From Pirellulales bacterium (GTDB lineage Bacteria > Planctomycetota > Planctomycetia > Pirellulales > UBA1268), in the NCBI GenBank assembly GCA_049243925.1, contig JBMLMS010000301.1:1-50845 (forward strand): a stretch of 50,845 bases of DNA. Reading direction: 5' to 3'. A program made the position numbers and the translations under genes. Below are positions 44,424 through 50,845 of the stretch, in pieces (the stretch's first letter is position 1; each line of letters begins with the position of its first letter). The notes beneath the pieces are model-generated. The model was not told the origin of the DNA and made no database searches. It worked only from the letters and a program-made list of their open reading frames with translations.

Positions 44424-45715
44424 AGTTCGAGCAGCCAGTCGACAGTCAGGCCGAGGTGGCGAGCGTACGGCTCTCCGGGACGCCGAGCGAGAGCGTTGCG
44501 GTGTCGGAGCCGCTGCGGACGATCGGCATCCTGTCGCTGCTGGTCTTTCTGGTCCGCAATGCGTTCGAGCTGTTCGTCGTCCACGGTCTCTATGCAGCCC
44601 AGCAGACGTTGATCATGGTGTTCGACGGTGTGCTCTCGGCGTGGGCTTTGGCCGAGGTCGCGCTCATCCACCGCAGGCAGCCGGGGATGCCAGTCGGCCG
44701 GCTCGTGCTGGCGCTGGCGGTGCAGGCGGCTGTGGGACTGATCAGAGCCGTCATCGCCGGTGTCGCGGGGGGGTCGGTCGTCTCTGTCGACGCGATCGGC
44801 AGGCCGCTCGATTTCGGGATCGCAGCCTTGTTCGTGCCCATGCATGCGTTGGTATTTCTCATCATCGGAAAGTTGCTCATCGATGCATTTTCCCACGCTG
44901 AACGGGCGCGGGCCGACGAACTCACGGGCCAGATCCGGCTGACCACGAGGGCCGAGGCCGAACTGCGGGCCCGGGAGCAAGACGTCTTGGCGGCCCATCG
45001 CCGTGAGCAGGCGAGCGCCGCACGCCAACGCCGTATGCTCAAGCACAAACTGGAGAGCAGCCTGATGGCGTCGGCCGTGGCCCACGAAATCAAGCTGCCG
45101 CTCAGCACGATTCTGCTGCGGACGCGGCTGGCCCTCGACTCCGGCACCTCGACGTTCGAGACGCTCGAGGCTGTGGCCAGCGACGCGCAGGAGGTGGTGC
45201 GGACGATCGAGAAGATGAATGTGCTGCTGCGGAGCGTGCAGTCGGAACACACGCGCGTCGACCTCACCGAGGTCGTCAGCACGTGCCTCGTCGAGTCGAG
45301 GCGGCATTTTGAGCACCTCGGGATCACGGTGACAGAGTCCGGCCTCGACCGGCCATGCTTCATCGACGGCGACGACGCCCAGCTGCGCATCGCCGTCGCG
45401 AACGTCCTCCGCAACGCAGCCGAGGCGATCGAGGCGCACGTGGGCAGCGCCGCGGCGCCGGTGATCACGGTGTCGCTCCAACGCCGGAAGCATGCGGCGG
45501 TGCTCGCGATCGGCGACAGCGGTCCGGGCTGGTCGGGGGCGGAACGCGGCAATGCGCCCCTGGCCACCACAAAGCCCGCAGGCAGCGGTCTCGGCCTGTA
45601 CGTCGTGCGGACGGTCGTGCGAAACCATGGCGGGAAGATCGCGTTTCGACGGTCTTCGTTCGGTGGGGCCGAACTGCGGCTGTGGTTCCCGCGTGAGGCA
45701 GTGCGGACGGCGTAA
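44420..45715 (+). CDS. Multi-TM sensor histidine kinase
   Basis: There are 4-5 N-terminal TM helices and a coiled-coil linker. The H-box is SAVAHEIKLPLS, the N-box is VLRNAAEA, and the G-boxes are GDSGPG and GSGLGLYVV. Confidence 0.85.
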   Translation: MKFEQPVDSQAEVASVRLSGTPSESVAVSEPLRTIGILSLLVFLVRNAFELFVVHGLYAAQQTLIMVFDGVLSAWALAEVALIHRRQPGMPVGRLVLALAVQAAVGLIRAVIAGVAGGSVVSVDAIGRPLDFGIAALFVPMHALVFLIIGKLLIDAFSHAERARADELTGQIRLTTRAEAELRAREQDVLAAHRREQASAARQRRMLKHKLESSLMASAVAHEIKLPLSTILLRTRLALDSGTSTFETLEAVASDAQEVVRTIEKMNVLLRSVQSEHTRVDLTEVVSTCLVESRRHFEHLGITVTESGLDRPCFIDGDDAQLRIAVANVLRNAAEAIEAHVGSAAAPVITVSLQRRKHAAVLAIGDSGPGWSGAERGNAPLATTKPAGSGLGLYVVRTVVRNHGGKIAFRRSSFGGAELRLWFPREAVRTA

Positions 45716-45737
45716 ACGGGGCTTCCGCGTTGCCGCT

Positions 45738-46901
45738 ATGGTCTCGAATATGCCGTCGCCGTCCGATCCGCTCCTGCTCTGGTGTTCATCGCACGAGTCG
45801 CTCGCAGCCGAGGAGATTCCGCTCTTTCTCGAGGCGGGGTTTCGGGTGGTGCCGCTGCATACGAACTTTTGGACGCAGGAATATGATCCCGCGCTCGACG
45901 CCACGATCTGCCCGGCATGGCGGGAGAGCGTGGCGCTTCCGCCCGACGTCGTGCGGGTGCTGCAGGCGGTGCGCATCTGCCAGCCCGACAAGCATCCCGC
46001 GTTCAGCGATGAAGACCTCGCCCTGCTCGCGCGCCACGTCGACGCCGTCTATGTCACGGTGTTCCCGAACGTTGCGCTCCGGCTCGCCGAAGAGTTCTCC
46101 CGCACAGTGATGTTTCGGGCCTTCGGCCAGGCGGGGCTCAACACCTACTCGAAAATTGCCGCCGCATACGGCGCGGATCCCGCGCTCGTCTACGGCCTGC
46201 CGAACTTCATCTGGTGCCCGATCCTGAGCACGCTCCAGGAGCCGGAAGACGAGCAGTTCGTGCGCAACGCGCAGCCGCTGCGGGCCTTTGTGACGCCATC
46301 GCGGCTGGGAGGCGAGCGCTGGTCGGCGGCCGCGTCGGAACCGTATGTCGTTGACACGATTCCCCGCCTTCACACCGACTTCTATCTGGGAAACTATCGC
46401 CGCTTCATCGCCGATCACGGCGAACTGCCGCTGAAGATTCTGGGCGGCAACGAGCCCCGTGGCGGCGTGCTCGACGATGCGCGGATCGTCGGCCGGCTGC
46501 CCGCGGCCGAGTATTACGCGGCCGCGGCCCGGGCCCGGCTCTCCATCTACCACGGCAGGGTGCGGGATCACCTGCACTACCATCCGCTCGAATTCATGAC
46601 GCTTGGCGTGCCGGTGCTCTTCCATTGCGACACGGCGCTCGCGGCCGAAGCCGAGCTGATCGGAAAGTCGGCCCAGGAACTCGCCGAGGCCGGGATGTTC
46701 AGCGATGCCGCCGAGGCGAATCGGATCGCTCGCGCGGCGCTGGCCGATGCCCAGGTCGGGGCGGCGATCGCCGCCAAGCAGCGGTTTTTCCTGGAACGGA
46801 TTTTCGCGCGGTCCGCCGCCCTGGAGCAGGCGATCTGGCTGCGCACGCTCGTCGAGCAGCGGACGGCCCGGGAGCGGGCCGTCCGGCCATGTGACGCCTG
46901 A
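45738..46901 (+). CDS. Hypothetical protein, possibly GT-B glycosyltransferase-like
   Basis: It starts 22 nt after the kinase stop. The C-terminal half (RLSIYHGRVRDHLHYHPLEFMTLGVPVLF) loosely resembles the GT4 EX7E region. The assignment is weak. Confidence 0.35.
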   Translation: MVSNMPSPSDPLLLWCSSHESLAAEEIPLFLEAGFRVVPLHTNFWTQEYDPALDATICPAWRESVALPPDVVRVLQAVRICQPDKHPAFSDEDLALLARHVDAVYVTVFPNVALRLAEEFSRTVMFRAFGQAGLNTYSKIAAAYGADPALVYGLPNFIWCPILSTLQEPEDEQFVRNAQPLRAFVTPSRLGGERWSAAASEPYVVDTIPRLHTDFYLGNYRRFIADHGELPLKILGGNEPRGGVLDDARIVGRLPAAEYYAAAARARLSIYHGRVRDHLHYHPLEFMTLGVPVLFHCDTALAAEAELIGKSAQELAEAGMFSDAAEANRIARAALADAQVGAAIAAKQRFFLERIFARSAALEQAIWLRTLVEQRTARERAVRPCDA

Positions 46902-46955
46902 TCCATTCTTTATCTCCGTATACTGGCCGGAGCGACGGTCTCACGGAGCCAATCC

Positions 46956-47345
46956 ATGCGCACGCTGCTGCTGATTCTGATCGCGGTCGCCGTCTCGCCA
47001 GCCTGGGGGGCCGACGTGGCCCGGCCCAACATCCTCTTCATCTTCACCGACGACCACGCCGCGCACGCGCTCTCCTGCTACGGCTCGAAGGTCAACGAGA
47101 CTCCCCACCTCGACCGGCTCGCGGCCGGCGGGGCGCGGTTCACAAACTCGTTCGTGACGAATTCGATCTGCTCCCCGAGCCCGCGACGCTGTTTGACGAC
47201 TACGCCACGCGGCCGGCGGCCCTCCCGGAAAACGAGCAGACGATTTGCCGCGACCTCACGAATCGCGACCTCAAGCGCACGCCGCCGGCAGGCCTCTCGC
47301 CGCAGGAGGCGAAAAAGTGGCTGCAGGAGAAACCGATGGAGGTGG
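46956..47345 (+). pseudogene. Sulfatase wreck (N-terminal ~75 codons joined out of frame to a mid-gene segment, then truncated)
   Basis: The first reading frame gives a signal peptide plus [21 protein letters not shown]...NSICSPS and then degenerates. From ~47174 a second reading frame reads [40 protein letters not shown], a segment that normally lies ~150 aa further into planctomycete sulfatases. There is no catalytic body or C terminus. Confidence 0.6.
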
Positions 47346-48771
47346 AGGTGAGGACGAAGGCAACACGATCGTGGGTGGCGGCGACCCGCTCTCAGGCGAA
47401 TTCCGCGACGGCATCCTGGCCACGGGAACGCTGACGGGCTCGAGCATCACCGGCACGGACATCACCGATACCGCGACGGGGGTGTGGTTCCAGAATGCCC
47501 AGGGCATCGACGTGAACAACACCTTTGTCGAGGGCTCGGAGTTCTTCGGATTCCGCGCCGATGGAGTGCTCACGGGCTCCAAGTTCCGCGACAACCTGAT
47601 CACGAACACCTCCGGGATTGGTGGCGGGTTGGGGCATGGCATGTACCTGAATAACGCCACGAATCTCGAGGTGTACAACAACATCGGAGAAGACAGCTTT
47701 GGGTCTGGCCTGTACGTGACGGGCGATACGACCGGCACGACGGTGACGAACAATCTGTTCGATGGGAACCGTATTGGCATCACGCTCGACAATGCCACGA
47801 ACGCCGTGATCGGCGGTCTGGGTGAGGACGAGGGGAACACGATCATCGGCGGCGGTGACTCGCTGTCCGGTGAGTACCGCGACGGCATCCTGGCGACGGG
47901 CACGCTGACGGGCTCGAGCATCACGGGCACCGACATCAGCGACACGGCGACGGGCGTGTGGCTTCGTGACGCGCAAGGCGTGGACGTGAACAACACGCTC
48001 GTGAACGGCTCGGAGTTCTTCGGATTCCGTGCCGACGGAGTGCTGACGGGCTCGAAGTTCCGTGACAACGACGTCGTCAACACGGTGGGGATTGGTGGCG
48101 GGCTGGGCCATGGCATGTACCTGAACAACGCCACGAATCTCGAGCTCCACGACAACCTCGGCGAAGACAGCTTCGGCTCGGGTCTGTACATCACGGGCGA
48201 CACGAGCGGCACGACGGTGCGTGGCAATCTGTTCGATGACAACCGGGTGGGTATCACGCTCGACAACGCCACGAACGCCGTGATCGGCGGTAACGTCGTG
48301 GGCGAGGACAACCGGATCATCGGTGGTGGCGATGCATCACTGGACATCTTCCGTGACGGGATCGTGGCGATCGGGATCTCGACGGGATCGAGCATCACGA
48401 AGACGACGATCACGAACACGGCGACGGGCATCGCGCTGCGTGCGGCGACGGGCCTGTTTATAACGTCGGCCACCGTCACCGGCTCGCAGGTGTGGGGCCT
48501 GAACGCGTCGGGCGAGTGCGTTTCGGCGGTGATCAGCAGCACGTTCACACTCACGACCGGCGGGGCCGGCGGCGGGGCGGGCGTGCTGCTCTCGGGGGTG
48601 CAGTCGTTCCTGATCCAGAGTGCGACGATCTCCAACAACGTGATCGGCCTGCTGGCCACGGGCAACTGCACGGCCACACGAGTGATCGACACCACGTGGA
48701 GCGGCAACACGACCGGAGTGATCAACAACTCGACCGGCGCCCCGCCGCTCGAAATCGACCCGCTGCCGTAA
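47317..48771 (+). CDS. Right-handed parallel beta-helix repeat protein (no signal peptide; possibly a 5'-truncated fragment)
   Basis: There are repeated beta-helix repeat motifs of the NxxxNNxIxxN/ITGS type. There is no in-frame ATG near the 5' end. GTG 47317 is preceded by AGGAGG (47304-09). The ORF is open from TTG 47245, inside the sulfatase remnant. Confidence 0.6.
   Translation: MAAGETDGGGGEDEGNTIVGGGDPLSGEFRDGILATGTLTGSSITGTDITDTATGVWFQNAQGIDVNNTFVEGSEFFGFRADGVLTGSKFRDNLITNTSGIGGGLGHGMYLNNATNLEVYNNIGEDSFGSGLYVTGDTTGTTVTNNLFDGNRIGITLDNATNAVIGGLGEDEGNTIIGGGDSLSGEYRDGILATGTLTGSSITGTDISDTATGVWLRDAQGVDVNNTLVNGSEFFGFRADGVLTGSKFRDNDVVNTVGIGGGLGHGMYLNNATNLELHDNLGEDSFGSGLYITGDTSGTTVRGNLFDDNRVGITLDNATNAVIGGNVVGEDNRIIGGGDASLDIFRDGIVAIGISTGSSITKTTITNTATGIALRAATGLFITSATVTGSQVWGLNASGECVSAVISSTFTLTTGGAGGGAGVLLSGVQSFLIQSATISNNVIGLLATGNCTATRVIDTTWSGNTTGVINNSTGAPPLEIDPLP
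47347..48294 (+). repeat. Tandem duplication, 2 x 474 nt (158 aa), with a diverged third copy from 48301
   Basis: Copies start at GGTGAGGACGA(A/G)GG(C/G)AACACGATC (47347 and 47821). I estimate the protein copies at roughly 85% identical by eye ([43 protein letters not shown]...). Confidence 0.9.
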
Positions 48772-48777
48772 AGCCCC

Positions 48778-48877
48778 ATGTGGGGCAAGCGGTCCCGCTT
48801 GCCAGTGCGATATGTGGGGCAAGCGTCCCGCTTGCCAGTGCGATATGTGGGGCAAGCGTCCCGCTTGCCAGTGCGAT
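48778..48877 (+). repeat. Three head-to-tail 33/34-nt repeats, each containing an 8-bp hairpin
   Basis: ATGTGGGGCAAGCG(G)TCCCGCTTGCCAGTGCGAT occurs three times (48778-48811, 48812-48844, 48845-48877). The stem is GGCAAGCG/CGCTTGCC. The array starts 7 nt after the stop codon that ends at 48771. Confidence 0.9.
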
Positions 48878-48965
48878 TGCTCATTCCTCCCGCATTTCCC
48901 ACGTTGCGGCGGCCCAGGGGCTGCGGTACCGTCCGACGGTTCCCTCCCCGGCTCCGAGGCTCTTC

Positions 48966-50063
48966 GTGCGCACCTGCGTCTCCGGCCTTGCTTTGTGCCT
49001 CGCCGTCGCAACCGCCCTCGCCGGCCACTGGGCTTCCGGCCAAGATCGGCTCGCGCTTCTGCCGCCCGTCGACTTCAACCTCGAAGAAGACCTGTTCGCC
49101 AACGAGCCGATTTCGGATCTCGACCCTGCCGCGGTCGCTCCTTCGCAGGGGCCGGCCCGGCGCCCTGGCCAGTCGCCCTTTGGCTCGTCGGCGCCCGTGA
49201 GCCTGGGCGGTTTCTGGGCGCCCGCCGTCGACGTCAGCGGCCAGCCGACCACGCTCGGAATGAACGCGCAGTTTGCCCGGGTGGCTGCCCCGATCGTCAC
49301 GCCACAGGAGGGCGGGCCGCTCTGGCTCGGGATCGCGAAGTTCGGTCGGCTCGAGCTGGCCACCGACGCGATCCTGCCGAATTCGCTCCAGCCGGTGCCC
49401 GATCAATTATGGCTCGTCGAGACGGGCTTCATGCACGTCCGGCCGCTCGCCAACGGGGCCACGGCGGGCGGCACGTTTCTCTTTGGCTCCGCGAGCGACC
49501 GGCCGTATGCCGCCGGCCGCGATCTGACGCTGATGGCGATCGCGTTTTACAACCGCCCCGCTGCGAACGAGCGCGACGAGTGGAACTTCAGCCTGTTTTA
49601 TTCGCCCACGTCGCAGCTGCCCTATCCGCTGCCGGGCCTCGCCTATGTGTGGCGGCCCGACGCCACCTTTGAGGCGAAGATCGGCGTGCCGGCCGCGATC
49701 GAATACCGGCCCGACGACGACTGGACCTTCACGGCCAACTATTTTCCGCTCGTCAACTTCGCTGCCACGGCCCGGCGGCGGCTCAGCGAGCGGCTGTCGT
49801 TCCTCGCCTACTACCGCACCGACACGCAGATCTTCTTCCTGGCCGACCGGCTACTCGACGACGAGCGGTTCTACGTGTTCGACCAGCGGGCGGCCGCGGG
49901 GCTCGAGCAGACGCTCGGCCGCGGCTTCGCCCTCGAGCTGACGGCCGCGTATCTCTTCGATCGCTCGCTGTTTCAGGGCACGAACTTCACGTCGGGCCGG
50001 ACGGATGTGGTCGCCTTTGACCCAGGGTTGGGGCTGTCGTTGCAGCTGCTCTGGCGGCGGTAG
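48966..50063 (+). CDS. Secreted hypothetical protein (possibly membrane/beta-rich)
   Basis: GTG 48966 gives (M)RTCVSGLALCLAVATALAGHWASGQ, a signal-peptide-like N terminus. The rest has alternating hydrophobic/aromatic beta-like segments. I recognise no family. Confidence 0.5.
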   Translation: MRTCVSGLALCLAVATALAGHWASGQDRLALLPPVDFNLEEDLFANEPISDLDPAAVAPSQGPARRPGQSPFGSSAPVSLGGFWAPAVDVSGQPTTLGMNAQFARVAAPIVTPQEGGPLWLGIAKFGRLELATDAILPNSLQPVPDQLWLVETGFMHVRPLANGATAGGTFLFGSASDRPYAAGRDLTLMAIAFYNRPAANERDEWNFSLFYSPTSQLPYPLPGLAYVWRPDATFEAKIGVPAAIEYRPDDDWTFTANYFPLVNFAATARRRLSERLSFLAYYRTDTQIFFLADRLLDDERFYVFDQRAAAGLEQTLGRGFALELTAAYLFDRSLFQGTNFTSGRTDVVAFDPGLGLSLQLLWRR

Positions 50064-50075
50064 GGGGGCGGCGGT

Positions 50076-50093
50076 GACAGGCTGAAGCCTGTC
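50076..50093. terminator. Hairpin between convergent genes (bidirectional terminator candidate)
   Basis: GACAGGCT-ga-AGCCTGTC is a perfect 8-bp stem, 13 nt after the stop at 50063 and 14 nt before the stop at 50107. The right arm plus CTACA is directly repeated at 50099-50111. Confidence 0.4.
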
Positions 50094-50106
50094 CTACAAG
50101 CCTGTC

Positions 50107-50845
50107 CTACAGGGAGTCGGCGATTGCGTCCCAGAGGGCGATGCGGGCCTCGAGGCACTGTCGTGCGGTGCGCGAGGCCGCGGCCCACTTCGCCTCGTCG
50201 TCGCCGCACAGGCTGGCCACGATCCGGCGGCAGATCGGGGCGTGCTTGGCATCGTCGTGGGCGATGTGCCGCTCGAGATAGAAGCGGAAGCGGCCCCAGG
50301 CTGCCGGATCCTGTTCGGCCAGAGCCGTCACGAGATGACGAAACATGTCGGGGATCACGTCTTCACGGCCGTAGGTGAAAGCCGCCGCGATCGCCGGGGT
50401 GGAGTCGGAATCGATGATCGCGAAGGTCGTGCGCACGAAGTTGGCCACGGCAGGGGGCACGCCGGCCGCCGCCAGGGCCTCGGTGACGGTCGCTCCATCG
50501 CCCAGAACGGCGAGCATCCGCTCGACCGGCTGCGTGTCGGCCCCGGCCGCCTCCATGCTCTCCACGTAGAGCTCGAAGTGCGACGCATGGCCTCCCTCGG
50601 GCAGTTCGTCCGACTCCTCGTCGAGCACGATCTCGTTGACGAGCCGCCGGGCCTCACGGTCGGGCGTGGGCAGCCAGGGGGCGGTCGTGCAGGTGAACTT
50701 CTGCTGGAGCGCCTTGAGCAGGCACTGGAAGTCCCACACCGCAAACACGTGCTGCTCCATGAACCGTCGCATGCGGTCCTGGGAATTCACGAGCCCATAG
50801 AGACGATGCCCCACGAGCCGTTCGCGGGCGTCGCCGAGGTCGATG
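50107..50845 (-). CDS. DUF3050-family (heme-oxygenase-like fold) protein, N terminus beyond window
   Basis: RRFMEQHVFAVWDFQCLLKALQ and HFELYVESMEAAGADT match my recollection of DUF3050. The frame stays open to the window end (..IDLGDARERLVGHRLYG), so the M at 50814 is probably internal. Confidence 0.65.
   Translation of the reverse strand, partial: IDLGDARERLVGHRLYGLVNSQDRMRRFMEQHVFAVWDFQCLLKALQQKFTCTTAPWLPTPDREARRLVNEIVLDEESDELPEGGHASHFELYVESMEAAGADTQPVERMLAVLGDGATVTEALAAAGVPPAVANFVRTTFAIIDSDSTPAIAAAFTYGREDVIPDMFRHLVTALAEQDPAAWGRFRFYLERHIAHDDAKHAPICRRIVASLCGDDEAKWAAASRTARQCLEARIALWDAIADSL

Noticed and set aside
42648-45991. Two long minus-strand ORFs (42648-44411 and 44411-45991)
   Set aside because: They are antisense to the RR, SBP and kinase genes, which all show canonical motifs on the plus strand.
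48778-48877. Possible CRISPR array
   Set aside because: The repeats are directly adjacent with no spacers, there are only three units, and no cas genes occur in the window.
47271-49406. 711-aa minus-strand ORF containing TYRTGKRDACP repeats
   Set aside because: It is antisense to the beta-helix gene. The peptide repeats are simply the hairpin array translated, and the ORF crosses an intergenic region.
1-50845. Whole window as a mobile or genomic island
   Set aside because: I recognised no integrase, transposase, tRNA target, phage or conjugation genes. Composition looks uniform by eye. The TA and defence genes are scattered rather than clustered.

Overview
Nothing here was searched or computed; every call comes from reading translations and motifs. 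This is a high-GC window (G+C about two-thirds or more by eye). I read about 43 intact genes plus 2 gene remnants. I recognised no rRNA, tRNA, CRISPR array, transposase or integrase. The gene content points to Planctomycetota or a related PVC lineage: a DUF1501 / DUF1549-DUF1553 / PSCyt1-WD40 operon, several Tat-signal Gfo/Idh/MocA oxidoreductases, sulfatases, and an N-terminal LEPLDRR motif. Most of the window is carbohydrate or sulfated-glycan catabolism: GH5, a GH42-like protein, a sulfatase-MFS-dioxygenase-isomerase operon, a NagB-LmbE fusion and GntP, together with AraC/XylR regulators. Small toxin-antitoxin or defence-like genes are scattered between these: a zeta-like ATPase, a MazF remnant with an orphan antitoxin, a Fic-MerR fusion, a HEPN/MNT pair and a Uma2 nuclease. 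The best candidate for an undescribed system is the minus-strand operon 10220->3963. It encodes a pseudo-receiver/degenerate-GGDEF/EAL protein, an internally duplicated TPR protein ending in a beta-barrel, and a BcsA-like GT2 synthase with no PilZ, BcsB or PgaB/D partner. A PAS-GGDEF cyclase is transcribed divergently from it. Other candidates:
- A response regulator, an orphan TRAP-type binding protein and a multi-TM histidine kinase, followed by an unknown GT-B-like protein (42696-46901).
- A rearranged locus where a sulfatase wreck abuts a 5'-truncated-looking beta-helix repeat protein, followed by three tandem hairpin repeats (46956-48877).
- A coiled-coil/nuclease-like protein carrying an in-frame 42-nt tandem repeat (31049-31204).
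- A 21-nt-identical palindromic element present in two intergenic regions.
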